NCBI GenBank assembly: GCA_963719315.1
Contig: CAVRBU010000002.1
Span: 128,001 to 192,000, forward strand
DNA from: an uncultured Planctomycetota bacterium
GTDB taxonomy: Bacteria > Planctomycetota > Planctomycetia > Pirellulales > Lacipirellulaceae
Direction of reading: 5' to 3'
DNA: 64,000 bases
Shown here: positions 23,585-35,603 of the stretch, piece after piece
Numbering within the stretch: the first letter of the stretch is position 1
Layout: each line of letters begins with the position of its first letter
Made by a program: the position numbers and the translations under genes
The notes under the pieces: model-generated
The model's input: the letters and a program-made list of their open reading frames with translations, nothing else
Database searches by the model: none
Told to the model about the DNA's origin: nothing

Positions 23585-24958
23585 CTAACTTTCCAACACC
23601 TCAAACTTCCCCGGCACGGGCACTGGGTAAAAACCGTCCTTGTCCGGCACCACAGGCGGCGTGGCGGTGAAGTCGTAGTTCTGCGGCGAGAGGTCGACGC
23701 CCTTATTGAGCGCGTCCTCCCACTTAATTGCCTTGCCGGAGTACGTGGCCATGCGGCCCAAAATTGCCGTCATCGTCGATTCGGCGCCGTATTGCACCTC
23801 GTTGTAGATTCGCCCGTCGCGCAGCGCTGCGAACAGGTCGTGGTGTTCCTGATGGTGATTGTCCACCTTACGACCACTGGTGCGCCACTTCTTTTCTTTG
23901 GTAGCGAAGAAGCCGCCGGCGCCGTCGTCGATATCGAGCGTGCCCTTCGTGGCGTGCGCATGTTCGCGGACTTCCGAGTCGCAGCCTTCAATATGCCGGC
24001 ACTGGCTGAACATCTTCGTGCCGTCGGCAAACGTATACTCGACCGCGTGGTGGTCGAAAATCTGGCCATATTCCTTACCGGTTCGAACCTGGCGGCCGCC
24101 CATGCCGGCGGCCTGAATCGGATGGGCGCCGTGGATCCACGTGCCGACATCCAGATTGTGAATGTGCTGCTCCACAATGTGGTCGCCGCACAGCCATACG
24201 AAGTAGTACCAATTACGCATCTGGTATTCCATCTCGGTCTGTTCCGGCTTGCGCGGTCGCACCCACAAACCGTTGCCGTTCCAATAGACGCGTGTGTTCA
24301 CCACGTCGCCGATCGCGCCGTCGCGAATTTGCTTAATGGCGTCGATATACCGCTGGTCGTGCCGCCGCTGTAAGCCAACCGCCACCATCAGATCTTTCTT
24401 CTTCGCCTTTTCGTTGGTCGCCAGCACGCGCCGCACGCCGGGGCCATCGGTCGCCAACGGCTTCTCCATGAAGATGTGCTTGCCCGCGTCGACCGCGGCA
24501 TCGAAATGAATGGGGCGGAAACCGGGCGGCGTCGCCAGGATCACCAGGTCGGCCCCGCTGTCGAGCGCCTGGCGGTAGGCGTCGAAGCCGTCGAACTGCC
24601 GCTCGGACGGCACGTTCACGGTCGCATCGTTGAACAACGGATCGCCGTCGCGCCGGCCGCGCTCGACTTGTTGCTTGATGTTCTGCAAGCAGGCCTGCAA
24701 ATTGTCGGCGAACGCATCGGCCATTGCCCACAGTGTGACCTTGCCCTTCGTCGCCAGCGCTTGAGTGGCCGCTCCCGTGCCCCGGCCGCCGCAACCAATG
24801 AGCGCGACTTTGATCTCGTCGCTTCCGCCGGGGTGTGCACCGCGGGCGACTTGCGCGCTCACTCCCCCGAACACTGCGCCCCCCACCAGCGCCGAGGTTG
24901 TTTTCAAAAACGATCGCCGTGAGGATCCTTCGTCCGATTGATTGCTAGTCTCGTCCAT
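23585..24958 (-). CDS. Tat-exported Gfo/Idh/MocA oxidoreductase
   Basis: SRRSFLK twin-arginine signal, IGCGGRGTGA, FMEKP, EQHIHNLD. Confidence 0.88.
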   Translation of the reverse strand: MDETSNQSDEGSSRRSFLKTTSALVGGAVFGGVSAQVARGAHPGGSDEIKVALIGCGGRGTGAATQALATKGKVTLWAMADAFADNLQACLQNIKQQVERGRRDGDPLFNDATVNVPSERQFDGFDAYRQALDSGADLVILATPPGFRPIHFDAAVDAGKHIFMEKPLATDGPGVRRVLATNEKAKKKDLMVAVGLQRRHDQRYIDAIKQIRDGAIGDVVNTRVYWNGNGLWVRPRKPEQTEMEYQMRNWYYFVWLCGDHIVEQHIHNLDVGTWIHGAHPIQAAGMGGRQVRTGKEYGQIFDHHAVEYTFADGTKMFSQCRHIEGCDSEVREHAHATKGTLDIDDGAGGFFATKEKKWRTSGRKVDNHHQEHHDLFAALRDGRIYNEVQYGAESTMTAILGRMATYSGKAIKWEDALNKGVDLSPQNYDFTATPPVVPDKDGFYPVPVPGKFEVLES

Positions 24959-25304
24959 ATTGAACTCCGCTTGGAATAAAAGTTCGAGGGTGGGTGACTG
25001 AGGCTTTGCCCGTAGGTCCTTTCTGCCGGAAGGGGACCTAAGCCAATCCACAAAGTCGCAAAGGAGGGTCAGGTCCAGTTCGGCAAGCGAGACCTATTTC
25101 TTGGGCAAAGCCATAGTCTGTTTAATATACCCGCCCGTTGCGGCTGTGCGAAGTACTGGCCAGAATCCCGCGACTTCATAACCAACTGCCGTAACTGGTT
25201 CCCCGAGCGCCTCTAGCCCGGTAATTAATCGCCATCTGCCAAAAACCACCGCAAATGGTACCACAAGCATCTCCCTAAAATCTAAACATGAACTCATGGG
25301 CGAT

Positions 25305-26246
25305 CTATCCGCGAGGCACGTCGAACTCGCCCAATAGTCCTTCTTCTTTCATCGACGCCCAAAAATTATCCGGCAACTTTTGACGTACTGAGTTGACGTT
25401 CTCTGCCACGCGGTCCAAATACGACGACTCGAGCCGTATTGCAGTTACGCCCGGCGCACAGAACGCGAACTGAATGCAAGCGTGCGATGGCGAGATTCCA
25501 TGGCCGTCGCACAGAGCGACAAAGGCCTTCCGCCATGAGAACTGAGAACGATTTGCCGATTCTTCGGGGTTCAACACGCGACCATCCAACTTGTTGCCGC
25601 CCACCAGAAAGCCTCCCTCGAAAATGCTCGAAAGGACGATCGGAATCTGCCTGCCAGCAAACTCGCCCATCGCCGACAGAATTTCGGGCGGATGCCGCAT
25701 GACCGTACAGCCGCCGATGAACGTGATCCAATCGGGTGTGATCCTCGTCGCGAGTTCTCTCGCAATCCGCCAATCGGTCACCGCCGCGCCGCAGCCCCGC
25801 ACCGCTCCGGCAGACTTCAAATCGCTCGCGGTGCGCCAGGCATCGTCATCGAGGTTGCCAATCGAAATCAGCTTGGGCCGAAAGTCATAGCCCAGCAGCC
25901 GGCAACTCTTGTCCCAACATTTCGCGATTACATCCGCAGACGACCTGTGAGCGCCATCAAGCGATGGCTCCCGGTCAATCGCGAGTTGAATGAAAACGTC
26001 CTGGCTCGAAATTTCCAGCCGCGGCAGCACGCGACCGAGTGTCGCCAATGCCATTCCGTCGCCGTGTCGATAAAACGTCTCGATCCACACCGGCGGCGCG
26101 ACTTGCCGGAACCACTCGCCGCAGAGGGCCAACTTGGCCTGGTTCGTTGTGACGCGATCGACGTTCCCCAAAGCCGCCGAGCCGAATACAATCGGCGGCA
26201 CGTGCAACTCCGTCCCACCCAAAGGTCTACGCTGATCGGAACCCAA
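25305..26246 (-). CDS. Aldo/keto reductase family protein
   Basis: RRPLGGTELHVPPIVFGSAALGN N-terminus; start placed downstream of the tRNA and approximate. Confidence 0.7.
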   Translation of the reverse strand: MGSDQRRPLGGTELHVPPIVFGSAALGNVDRVTTNQAKLALCGEWFRQVAPPVWIETFYRHGDGMALATLGRVLPRLEISSQDVFIQLAIDREPSLDGAHRSSADVIAKCWDKSCRLLGYDFRPKLISIGNLDDDAWRTASDLKSAGAVRGCGAAVTDWRIARELATRITPDWITFIGGCTVMRHPPEILSAMGEFAGRQIPIVLSSIFEGGFLVGGNKLDGRVLNPEESANRSQFSWRKAFVALCDGHGISPSHACIQFAFCAPGVTAIRLESSYLDRVAENVNSVRQKLPDNFWASMKEEGLLGEFDVPRG

Positions 26247-26272
26247 GACTGCGATTGCCGTAAGAGAAAAAA

Positions 26273-26343
26273 CTGGGGAACTAGGATTCGAACCTAGACT
26301 GACGGAGTCAGAGTCCGTAGTGCTACCGTTACACCATTCCCCA
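26273..26343 (-). tRNA. tRNA-Gln (anticodon CTG), CCA not encoded
   Basis: TGGGGAATGGTGTAACGGTAGCACT ACGGA-CTCTGAC-TCCGT CAGTCTAGGTTCGAATCCTAG TTCCCCAG cloverleaf. Confidence 0.95.
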
Positions 26344-26654
26344 AAAAAAGTGACTCGCCTTCGAAACGGCGCCAACGCGGCAGGCAGCGAATCGTTCGCA
26401 ATTAGCCGCATTTTCTGGACGCAAAGGCCATGCGCTACGGTACGCCGCGCCTTAACGGAGGTCAATACCGACCCATCTGGATGAGTACGATCCAAACAGT
26501 TGACTCCGCACCAAAACCCAACCTAAAATAGCGGTTCGCTAATCGCTTGTTCCGCATGGATTCGATCGAATCGTAATTGGCGCGATCTTCGCGTGTCGGC
26601 TTGGCGGCGACACGCTCACCGGGTCGCTTCAGTTCGATCGGGCGGTAGTTTTGC

Positions 26655-28340
26655 ATGGCAATTCTTGAACTGGTCAAAGGCAACGCGGCGGGTGCCCGAT
26701 TCGAACTCGATGGCGACCGGGCCGTCATCGGCCGCAGCGCCGATTGCGAAGTGCCGCTCGATGTGCCAGCCGTGAGCCGCCGCCACGCCGCCATTCTGCG
26801 CGAGAGCGGCCACTATTTCATCGAAGACCTGCAAAGCCGCAATGGCACGTTCCTCAACGACACGCGCATTAACGATCGCTCGCCGCTCGGCGAAGGCGAC
26901 CGGCTCGTGATTTGCGATCAAGAGTTTCGCTTCTATACCGGCCACGGAACGGGCCTGCTTGATCCCTTGCGGAATCTTGAGGAGTCGAGCGCCGCCCAAC
27001 TTGTGGACGACCGTACGACACCGGGTCACGCCAGTGTCATGGCGACGCTCGATGTCAGCGGTGGCTCAGCAAGCTGGGGACTCTCGGCGAAACCCGAAGT
27101 GAAACTGGCCGCGCTGATGGAAATATCCAACGGTCTCGCCCAAACGCTTTCCGTCGAAGATATTCTGCCGAAATTGCTCGACAGCTTGTTCAAGATTTTC
27201 CCGCAGGCCGACCGTGGGTTTGTTGTGATGCAGCCCAAGGCCGATGGGCCGCCGGTGGTGGTCGCCGACAAATGCCGTCGCCCCGGCGGCGAAGAGCGAA
27301 TGCGGATCAGCCGCACGATCGTGGAAGAAGCCATGAATTCGCGCAAAGCGATTCTCTCGGCCGATGCCGCCAGCGACGAGCGCTTCGGGATGGCCCAAAG
27401 CATCGCCGATTTTTCGATCCGCTCGATGATCTGCGCCCCGATGATCGGCCTGGATGGCCAGCCGGTCGGCGTGATTCAAATCGATACGCTCAATCAGAGG
27501 GCTCGTTTTACCGACCAAGACCTCGAAGTGTTGGCCAGCGTCGCGAGCCAGGCTGCCATTTCGATCGACAACGCGAAGATGCATGAGCAAGTCATCGTTC
27601 AACGCGCGTTGCAACGTGATCTGGATCTCGCGCGGCGAATGCAGCGAACGCTGTTGCCCAGCACACCGCCGCAAGTGCCTGGCTACTTCTTCTTCGATTA
27701 TTACCAAGCGGCTCGCCAAGTCGGCGGCGATTATTACGACTATGTTCCACTCCCCGGCGGCCGATACGCTGTCATCGTGGGCGACGTGGCTGGCAAAGGC
27801 GTTCCGGCTGCCCTATTGATGGCCCGCCTTTCGGCCGACGTTCGCTTTTCGCTCGCCAGCGAACTGGACCCGTCCAAGGCCATTCAACGAATCAATGATG
27901 GATTCGCACGCCAGGATTGGCAGGATCGATTCGTCACCATGCTCGCCGCGGTACTTAATCCGAATACGAGTCAGCTAACGATCGTCAACGCCGGTCACAT
28001 GGCGCCAATTCTTCGCCGCCGCGATGGCAACGTCACCGAGATCGGCGAAGAAGCCGCCGGCCTGCCGCTCGGCGTTGCCGAAGGCTACGAGTACGAAGCC
28101 TATACGCATAACCTGGAGCCGGGCGACGTACTTACGATTTTCACCGACGGCTTTAGCGAAGCCATGAACGGCGAAGGCGAGCTCTATGGTTTGGAGCGGC
28201 TTAAGACGCAACTCAGCAGCCCGGCCGTGGGCGTCGTCGATTTCGGTCAGCACATCCTGGAAGACGTCAACAAATTCGTTGACGGCCACGACCAAAGCGA
28301 CGACATGTGCCTCGTGTGCTTCGGAAGGGTAGAGTCGTAA
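26655..28340 (+). CDS. FHA-GAF-SpoIIE (PP2C) serine phosphatase
   Basis: IGRS...VSRRHA...SRNGT (FHA); GAF; VGGDYYD, GDVAGKG, NAGH, FTDG, DDMC. Confidence 0.92.
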   Translation: MAILELVKGNAAGARFELDGDRAVIGRSADCEVPLDVPAVSRRHAAILRESGHYFIEDLQSRNGTFLNDTRINDRSPLGEGDRLVICDQEFRFYTGHGTGLLDPLRNLEESSAAQLVDDRTTPGHASVMATLDVSGGSASWGLSAKPEVKLAALMEISNGLAQTLSVEDILPKLLDSLFKIFPQADRGFVVMQPKADGPPVVVADKCRRPGGEERMRISRTIVEEAMNSRKAILSADAASDERFGMAQSIADFSIRSMICAPMIGLDGQPVGVIQIDTLNQRARFTDQDLEVLASVASQAAISIDNAKMHEQVIVQRALQRDLDLARRMQRTLLPSTPPQVPGYFFFDYYQAARQVGGDYYDYVPLPGGRYAVIVGDVAGKGVPAALLMARLSADVRFSLASELDPSKAIQRINDGFARQDWQDRFVTMLAAVLNPNTSQLTIVNAGHMAPILRRRDGNVTEIGEEAAGLPLGVAEGYEYEAYTHNLEPGDVLTIFTDGFSEAMNGEGELYGLERLKTQLSSPAVGVVDFGQHILEDVNKFVDGHDQSDDMCLVCFGRVES

Positions 28341-28411
28341 GGTGAAAGGTAAGAAGCATAAGTCGTAAGGTGTAAGTGAAAAGCACTCACGGCTTAATCC
28401 TTACACCATTA
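28331..28411. repeat. Inverted heptamer-array pair (TAAGGTG type)
   Basis: agagtcg taaggtg aaaggta agaagca taagtcg taaggtg taagtga ... cggctta atcctta cacc, between convergent stops. Confidence 0.65.
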
Positions 28412-28642
28412 AGCCCAATTCACCTGCAGTAGATTCTCGATCTGTTGGATGCCGTCGATCCGGCGGAGCGCTTCCTGGGCCATCTGCTTTTGGAAGAATG
28501 TGCTCACGCTGCCCTTCAGAACGACACGGCCGTCGGCCGTTTCTACCCGCACGTTTTGGCTGTGCACGTGGGGATTCGAAGTGAGTGCGTCGCAAATGCG
28601 ATCGGCTAACGGTCGGCTTAGAGTGGCGGTGGCGGGGCTCAT
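28409..28642 (-). CDS. BON domain protein
   Basis: VRVETADGRVVLKGSVSTFFQKQMAQEALRRIDGIQQIENLLQV. Confidence 0.85.
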   Translation of the reverse strand: MSPATATLSRPLADRICDALTSNPHVHSQNVRVETADGRVVLKGSVSTFFQKQMAQEALRRIDGIQQIENLLQVNWA

Positions 28643-29008
28643 GGCTTCTGACTTCGCGATAGGGCTTAAGGCGGGCGATTAAGGAAGGTCTAACGTCTCT
28701 CAAAAATAGCACGGTTTAATCGACCCGGCGGCAAAGTCCACGAAACTTTTTGCCCCTCGCAATGCAGCGAAGGTGTCCCATCGAGATCGGCATTCGTTAG
28801 CGGTCCGCGCCAGTCAAACCGCGCAAAGAGTGGCAAAGATTGGCGACTCTGCCAAGTGCGATCCGCATAAAAGCGCTCACCCCCCGACGAATCAGCACAC
28901 CTTTGCCACCCATACCGCCTTTACCGCTCAATCAGCCGTGCCACCAGCCGCAATGCCGAAACGACGGCTGCCGCAGTCGCGGCCGGGAATCGCAATTTTG
29001 GGACCATC

Positions 29009-30632
29009 TCACCCCTGCAGCCAGCTTGGCAACTGACCCGCCGGCGGCAGCCGAATCACGATCGCCGACGTAATCGCCGGCAACTGCCGCACCTCCGCCA
29101 GCGCCTCCGCCGACGGCTCTTCGTCGAGATTCAACACGCCCACGGCTTCGCCGCCCGGCGCGTCTCGGCCCACCGCCATCTGGGCGATGTTCACATTGTG
29201 CCGGCCGAAAATCGTGCCCACTGCCCCGATAATGCCCGGCACATCATGATGGCGAAACACGAGCAGGCGGCCATCCAAATAGGCCTCCAACCGGCGATCA
29301 TCGAGCGATACGAGTCGCGGCATGTGCTGGCCGAAGATCGTCGCGGCCGCCTTATGTTGGCCCCGATCGTACGTGACCTCGGCCGTCATCGACGAGCGGA
29401 ACGACCCCATCTCGCTCCGCGATTCCTGGTGCAACTTTATGCCGCGCTGCTTGAGCAGCAACTCCGCGTTTACGAGGTTGACTTCCTGATCGAGTGCCCC
29501 TTGCAAAAGCCCGGCAGCAAATACGGCGGTGAGAATCTTCGTTTCTTTCTCCGCGATTTCGCCTCGATACAGGAGGCGGCACGCGCGCAATCCGCCGGTT
29601 TCCATGCCGACCAGCAGCATGCCTAGGCGATACGCCACGTCCAGGTACCCGCGGAGCGACGCCAGCGTCTGTGGATCGAGCGATGCCACGTTCACCGCAT
29701 GGCGAATGGCGCCGGTCGTGAGATAGGCAACGATCAACTCGACCGCTTCCACCGCGACCTGCGTTTGTGCCTCTTCCGTGCTCGCGCCCAAGTGCGGAGT
29801 GCACACGACGCCCGGCAAGCCGAACAGCGGGCTATCCGTGCATGGCTCCGCGGCATACACGTCGAGAGCCACTCCGCCCAACCGCCCGGCCTTGAGCGCT
29901 TCGGCCAGCGCGGCTTCTTCGTAGATGCCACCCCGGGCAGCATTAATCAGCCGCGCGCCGCGCTTCATCGTTTCAATTTGCGGTGCGCCGATGAGACCCC
30001 GCGTTTCATCGGTCAGCGGCGTGTGGACCGTTAAGTAATCGACGCGCGGCAGCATCGCCTCAACCGTTTCCACCGGCTCGATGCCCAGTTCCTTCGCCCG
30101 CTCACCAGACATGAACGGGTCATAGCCGAGCACGTTCATCTCCAGCGCCCGTGCCCGCTTGGCCACGGCGATGCCGATCCGCCCCAGGCCGACGATGCCC
30201 AGTGTCTTGCCGGCCACCTGCGTGCCCATGTACTTGTTGCGATCCCATTTTCCGGCCATCAGACTCTGGTAAGCTGGCGCGATGTTTCGCGAGAGAGCCA
30301 ACAGCAGCGCGATGGTGTGCTCGGCCGTGCTGAGCGTATTGCCGCCCGGCGTGTTCATTACCACAATGCCTTGCTTCGTGGCCGCGTCCTTATCGATGTT
30401 GTCCGTCCCCACGCCCGCTCGCACGATCGCCTTTAACCGGCGATTTCCTTCCAGTGCATCGGCCGTAATCTGCACGCCGCTGCGGCAAATCGCGCCCTCG
30501 AACTGTGTCGAGCGCCTCACGCAATGCATCGCTTTTCAACCCGGTGCGAACCTCGTACTCAACGCCCGGCGCAGCCGCCAGCATCTCGAGGCCTTCGGGT
30601 GCCAGCGTATCTAAGACAATGACTCGGGGCAT
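29009..30632 (-). CDS. serA: D-3-phosphoglycerate dehydrogenase, frameshifted near 30508
   Basis: RAGVGTDNID, GLGRIG, NAARGG, TPHLGAST, C-terminal ACT domain; N-terminus MPRVIVLD in another frame. Confidence 0.92.
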
Positions 30633-30733
30633 GTCACTCAAATCGGTTTGAATTCGGCCAGGAGGCCAAATGTCGCGGTTACCAGGTTGAATTCGGCGTC
30701 GTCGCCGACGCTAACGATGTTGTCGCGATTGGT

Positions 30734-31831
30734 TTATTTGACGTTTTTTTCGCGAAACTCAATCATGAAATCGCGAAGCTTTTCAACGCCTGCGACAGGC
30801 ATCGCGTTATATATCGAGGCGCGAATGCCACCGACTGAACGATGGCCTTTCAAATCCGTCATTCCCTGCTTTTCCGCGTCGTCGACAAACTTCGTGGTCA
30901 GCTCGTCGCTAGGCAACCGGAATGAAACATTCATCATCGACCGCCACGCGGGCTGCGAATGCCCTTTGTAAAAACCATTGCTAACGTCGAGCACGTCGTA
31001 CAGCAGCTTGGCCTTGGCTCGGTTCTGCGCTTCCATCTTGGCCAATCCGCCAACGTCGTTCATCAGCCACTTCGTGACTAACATCAAAACATAAATCGGG
31101 AACGTCGGCGCCGTGTTCCACAACGATCGGGCTTCGGCGTGAATCTGAAAGTTGAGGTATCCGGGCAGCGTCTCGCTGCTCCGCTGCAATAGATCCTTGC
31201 GAATAATGACGACCGTTACGCCCGCCGGGCCAGCGTTCTTTTGAGCGCATGCATAGAGTATTCCGTACTTCCGCACGTCCACCGAACGACACAAAAAGTC
31301 GCTGGATGCATCGCATACTAACGGAACGTCGCCCGCTTCCGGCTCCTTCTGAAATTGCACGCCTTGAATGGTCTCATTCGAGGCGTAATACAAATAGGCG
31401 GCCTTCGGATCCACACGCAAATCGCTACTAGACGGCAATTTATCGTAATTCGTCGCCTTGCCGTCCCAAATGACTTGCGCCTCGCCAAACTTCACGGCCT
31501 CCTGGGCCGCATATTTACTCCATGATCCGGTCACCAAATAATTGCTGAGCCGACGTCCGCCCCCCATGAGGTTCATCGGGATCATCGAGAACTGAAGCCG
31601 TGCCCCACCTTGCAACATCAACACTGCGTAATCGTCGGGAATTGCCAAAAGCTGCCGCAGATTCGATTCCGCCTCGGTGATAATCTTCTCAAACGTCTTG
31701 CTGCGATGGCTGATCTCAAGAATGGACGCTCCCACACCGGGCAATGCCATCAAGTCGCGCTGGGCCTCGGCCAACACCGGCTCGGGCAATACCGCCGGGC
31801 CGGACGAAAAATTGAAGACTCGCTCGGTCAT
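30734..31831 (-). CDS. serC: Phosphoserine aminotransferase
   Basis: FNFSSGPAVLP, NETIQG, DASSD, AQKNAGPAG, GHRSVGGIRASIYNA. Confidence 0.96.
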   Translation of the reverse strand: MTERVFNFSSGPAVLPEPVLAEAQRDLMALPGVGASILEISHRSKTFEKIITEAESNLRQLLAIPDDYAVLMLQGGARLQFSMIPMNLMGGGRRLSNYLVTGSWSKYAAQEAVKFGEAQVIWDGKATNYDKLPSSSDLRVDPKAAYLYYASNETIQGVQFQKEPEAGDVPLVCDASSDFLCRSVDVRKYGILYACAQKNAGPAGVTVVIIRKDLLQRSSETLPGYLNFQIHAEARSLWNTAPTFPIYVLMLVTKWLMNDVGGLAKMEAQNRAKAKLLYDVLDVSNGFYKGHSQPAWRSMMNVSFRLPSDELTTKFVDDAEKQGMTDLKGHRSVGGIRASIYNAMPVAGVEKLRDFMIEFREKNVK

Positions 31832-31924
31832 GAATGTCTCGTCATCCGTGAGTTTTTCACTGATTTCCCGCACATTGTACCCTTCCCGCCGTGGGCTGAC
31901 GATGGCTGTTTGGAGTGGCATTGA

Positions 31925-31978
31925 AAGACGGACAATCCTGTCCGTCACTTGGTTCGACGGACAGAATTGTCTGCCTAC
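31925..31978. repeat. REP-like inverted doublet (GTAGGCAGACAATTCTGTCCGTC type)
   Basis: Two inverted palindromic arms in the serC/acnA intergenic region. Confidence 0.6.
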
Positions 31979-32082
31979 GGCAGTTCGTTCATGCAGTTTA
32001 TCCGTAATATTTTCTCCGCTACAATTCACTGACGAGCGCGGTCCCCGCACTCCGCCGCCCGTTTTTCTCCAAGGACGCCCCC

Positions 32083-34878
32083 ATGGCCACGCCGACCGAT
32101 TTCGACTCCTTCCAATCTCGCGACACTTTTGACACCGGCAGCGGCAAGGCTGGCATCTATCGGCTCTCCAGACTCCAAGACGCGGGCCTCGGCAAGATCG
32201 CCGCCCTGCCCTACTCGATCCGCGTGCTGCTGGAATCGCTGCTTCGCAATTGCGATGGCTACCTCGTGACGCAGGACGACGTCAAAGCTCTCGCCGCCTG
32301 GAAGGCCGCGGCCCCGGCCCAGGTCGAAATCCCGTTCAAGCCGGCCCGAGTTGTGCTCCAGGATTTCACCGGAGTCCCCTGCGTCGTTGATCTTGCTGCC
32401 ATGCGGGCCGCGATGAAACGTCTCGGCGGCGATCCCAAAAAGATTAACCCGCTCGTACCCGTCGATCTCGTCATCGACCACTCCGTGCAGGTCGATTACT
32501 TCAACTCGGCCGAAGCGCTCGACCTCAACATCGATATGGAGTTCACCCGCAATCGCGAGCGCTACGAATTCCTTCGCTGGGGCCAAAAGGCATTCAACAA
32601 CTTCCGCGTCGTGCCGCCCGGCACCGGCATTGTCCACCAGGTGAATCTCGAATATCTCGCCAAGGTCGTGTTCCTCGGTCAGGACCAGAAGGGTCCCGTT
32701 GCGTTCCCCGACTCGCTCGTCGGCACCGATAGCCACACCACGATGATCGACGGTCTCGGTGTCGTCGGCTGGGGCGTCGGTGGCATCGAAGCCGAAGGTG
32801 TGATGCTCGGCCAACCAATTTATATGTTGCTCCCAGAAGTTGTTGGCATGGAGCTAACGGGCAAACTCGCTCCCGGCGCGACTGCCACCGACCTGGTTCT
32901 CACGGTCACCGAAATCCTTCGCAAAGAAAAAGTCGTCGGCAAGTTCGTTGAGTTCTTCGGCCCCGGCGTTTCCACAATGGCCGTGGCCGATCGCGCCACG
33001 ATCGGCAATATGTCGCCCGAATACGGCGCGACGATGGGCTTCTTCCCCATCGACGACCAAACGCTGCGCTACCTCCGCCAAACCGGCCGCACGAAGGCCG
33101 AGGTGGATTTGGTCGAGCGCTACTCAAAGGAGCAAGGCCTCTTCCGCACCGATAGCGCCCCCATCCCCACGTTCACAAAAGTAGTTCGGCTCGACCTCTC
33201 GACCGTTGTACCCAGCCTCGCCGGCCCCAAACGCCCGCAGGATCGCATTCCGCTCACGAATATGAAACCCGCCTGGCGTGATTCGCTCAACACGGTCTAC
33301 GGCAAGCGGGTCCCCAACAATGGCTCGCCCGAAGGCCGCTGGGAGGGCGAAGGCGGTCACAAGATCGAACCAAAGCACGCCGCCCACGCCACGCCCGCGG
33401 CCCCGGACCTCGGCTTCAGCGGCGTGCCGATCAAGTGGAACAGCAAGGAATTCGACCTCAAGCACGGCGACGTCGTCATCGCCGCGATTACGAGTTGCAC
33501 GAACACCAGCAACCCTAGCGTGATGGTCGCCGCCGGATTGTTGGCCAAGAAGGCAGTCGAAAAAGGCCTCACCGTTCCGCCGCATGTGAAGACCAGCCTG
33601 GCTCCCGGCTCGCGCGTCGTCACCGATTACTTCGCCAAGGCCGGCCTCGCTAGCTACCTCGAAAAAGTCGGCTTCTACACCGTCGGCTACGGTTGCACGA
33701 CCTGCATCGGCAACAGCGGCCCGCTGCCGGAGCCGATCTCCGACGCCGTCAAGAAAAACGACCTCGTCGTCACCGGCGTCCTCTCCGGCAATCGCAACTT
33801 CGAAGGCCGCATCAACCCCGATGTCAAAGCCAACTACCTGGCCAGCCCGCCACTCGTCGTCGCTTACGCCCTTGCCGGCACGACCGACATCGACTTCGAA
33901 AAGGAGCCGATCGGCGCCGGCAAGAACGGCTCGCCCGTCTATCTGCGCGACATCTGGCCCACGCAGGCCGATGTGCAAACCGTCGTCGACCAATGCGTGC
34001 TGCCTGAAATGTTCGAATCTCAATACGGCGACGTGTGGAACAAGAACCCGAAGTGGAACGCCATCAAAACGAGCGACGGGGAGCTGTACAACTGGAATCC
34101 AGACAGCACCTACATTCAAGAGCCGCCGTTCCTCGAAAACCTCGCGCCGCAACCCGGACCGATCCAACCGATCCGCGGCGCTCGTTGCCTCGCCGCATTC
34201 GGAGATTCCGTGACGACGGACCACATTTCGCCCGCCGGCTCGATCGCCAAAGACGGTCCCGCCGGCAAGTACCTGTTGTCGCTCGGCGTCGAACCCCGCG
34301 ATTTCAACAGCTACGGCGCCCGCCGCGGCAACGACCGCGTGATGACCCGCGGCACATTCGCCAACATCCGCATCCGCAATCTGCTCGCCCCCGGCACTGA
34401 AGGCGGCGTTACCCGCCATCTGCCCGATGGCGAAGTAATGTCGATCTACGACGCCGCCATGAAATACAAAGCGGAAAACACGCCGACAGTCGTCCTCGCC
34501 GGCGCCGAATACGGCAGCGGCTCCAGCCGCGACTGGGCGGCAAAGGGCCCGTTCCTGCAAGGCGTCCGTGCCGCCATCGCCGCCAGCTTCGAACGCATCC
34601 ACCGCAGCAACCTCGTGATGATGGGCATCCTCCCGCTCGAATTCGCCCCCGGCGTCACATGGCAATCCGTCGGCCTCACCGGCGAAGAAGTTTTCGATTT
34701 CCCCACGCTCGGCGACGACCTCCGCCCGCGCCAAAAACTGAAAGTCGTCGCCACTGCCGCCGACGGAAAGCGCAAAGAATTCGAAGCCACCGTCCGGATC
34801 GATACGCCCGTCGAGCTCGACTACTACCGCAACGGCGGCATCCTGCAAACCGTGCTCAGGAAGCTGCTGAAATCGTAG
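32083..34878 (+). CDS. acnA: Aconitate hydratase A
   Basis: [59 protein letters not shown]. Confidence 0.97.
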   Translation: MATPTDFDSFQSRDTFDTGSGKAGIYRLSRLQDAGLGKIAALPYSIRVLLESLLRNCDGYLVTQDDVKALAAWKAAAPAQVEIPFKPARVVLQDFTGVPCVVDLAAMRAAMKRLGGDPKKINPLVPVDLVIDHSVQVDYFNSAEALDLNIDMEFTRNRERYEFLRWGQKAFNNFRVVPPGTGIVHQVNLEYLAKVVFLGQDQKGPVAFPDSLVGTDSHTTMIDGLGVVGWGVGGIEAEGVMLGQPIYMLLPEVVGMELTGKLAPGATATDLVLTVTEILRKEKVVGKFVEFFGPGVSTMAVADRATIGNMSPEYGATMGFFPIDDQTLRYLRQTGRTKAEVDLVERYSKEQGLFRTDSAPIPTFTKVVRLDLSTVVPSLAGPKRPQDRIPLTNMKPAWRDSLNTVYGKRVPNNGSPEGRWEGEGGHKIEPKHAAHATPAAPDLGFSGVPIKWNSKEFDLKHGDVVIAAITSCTNTSNPSVMVAAGLLAKKAVEKGLTVPPHVKTSLAPGSRVVTDYFAKAGLASYLEKVGFYTVGYGCTTCIGNSGPLPEPISDAVKKNDLVVTGVLSGNRNFEGRINPDVKANYLASPPLVVAYALAGTTDIDFEKEPIGAGKNGSPVYLRDIWPTQADVQTVVDQCVLPEMFESQYGDVWNKNPKWNAIKTSDGELYNWNPDSTYIQEPPFLENLAPQPGPIQPIRGARCLAAFGDSVTTDHISPAGSIAKDGPAGKYLLSLGVEPRDFNSYGARRGNDRVMTRGTFANIRIRNLLAPGTEGGVTRHLPDGEVMSIYDAAMKYKAENTPTVVLAGAEYGSGSSRDWAAKGPFLQGVRAAIAASFERIHRSNLVMMGILPLEFAPGVTWQSVGLTGEEVFDFPTLGDDLRPRQKLKVVATAADGKRKEFEATVRIDTPVELDYYRNGGILQTVLRKLLKS

Positions 34879-34926
34879 CTTTGTAGTCAGCCGATTGTGA
34901 TAGAATAGATAGGGAGATCCATAGCT

Positions 34927-35193
34927 GTGTCTAAGAACTTAGAGATTCCGGATCCGATTTTCGACGCGCTGGAACAAGCCGCGTCGGCGAGCGGTACAAC
35001 CCCGGTCGGCTGGATCACCGCGCACTTGCCGCCGTCCAAACCAAATTCGCTTGCAGGCGCGAAATCACTTGCCGACGCGATGGCCGACCATATCGGCACT
35101 ATCCACAGCGGTGGGCAAGAGGCTCTTTCGCAGAAATGTGGTGAGCGATTTACTGATTACGTCGCGCAAAAACGACGCGAAGGCCGGTTGTAA
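34927..35193 (+). CDS. Putative antitoxin (VapB-like)
   Basis: 88 aa, stop overlaps the start of a PIN-domain gene. Confidence 0.6.
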   Translation: MSKNLEIPDPIFDALEQAASASGTTPVGWITAHLPPSKPNSLAGAKSLADAMADHIGTIHSGGQEALSQKCGERFTDYVAQKRREGRL

Positions 35194-35597
35194 TGTTATG
35201 CGATGCGGGGCCGATGGTAGCACTTGTCGATGCGGATGATCCCTATCACGATAAGTGCCTCCGCGCAGCCGCAATACTGCCACCTTTGATGGTTACGACG
35301 TGGCCATGCCTCACTGAAGCAATGCACTTGCTCTATCGCGCTGGCGGATTGAGCGCTCAGAATGAACTTTGGTCGTTTGTTGCCAATGGGGTATTGCGCC
35401 TACATCTCCCGGGCGACGACGAATGGCGGCTTATCCATCAGTTGATGAACCGATACTTCGACATGCCGCTCGACCTTGCGGATGCTTCGCTAGTTAGCGC
35501 CACCGAGCGTCTCGACGACTATCAATTGTTTTCCGTAGACGGCTCGCTTCGCGCGGTTCAGTTCGGTGACCGAAGATACTTCCAGCTCGTGCCATGA
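35193..35597 (+). CDS. PIN-domain (VapC-like) toxin
   Basis: DAGPMVAL..DDPYH, TTWPCLTEA, DLADASLV, SVD. Confidence 0.85.
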   Translation: MLCDAGPMVALVDADDPYHDKCLRAAAILPPLMVTTWPCLTEAMHLLYRAGGLSAQNELWSFVANGVLRLHLPGDDEWRLIHQLMNRYFDMPLDLADASLVSATERLDDYQLFSVDGSLRAVQFGDRRYFQLVP

Positions 35598-35603
35598 AGT
35601 GGC

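Noticed and set aside
25094..25297. 67-aa ORF in a lower-GC gap
   Set aside because: No motif or coding-like bias that I can support; left unannotated.
25060..26273. Integrative element at the tRNA-Gln 3' end
   Set aside because: No integrase and no duplicated tRNA 3' end found; flanking genes are metabolic.
26247..26495. N-terminal extension of ORF 25305..26495
   Set aside because: It reads through tRNA-Gln; the aldo/keto reductase must start downstream of the tRNA.
33124..34848. 574-aa antisense ORF opposite acnA (likewise 40257..41819, 17580..18755, 35494..36840 and others)
   Set aside because: Shadow or alternative-frame ORFs expected from high-GC codon bias over well-supported genes; no recognisable motifs.
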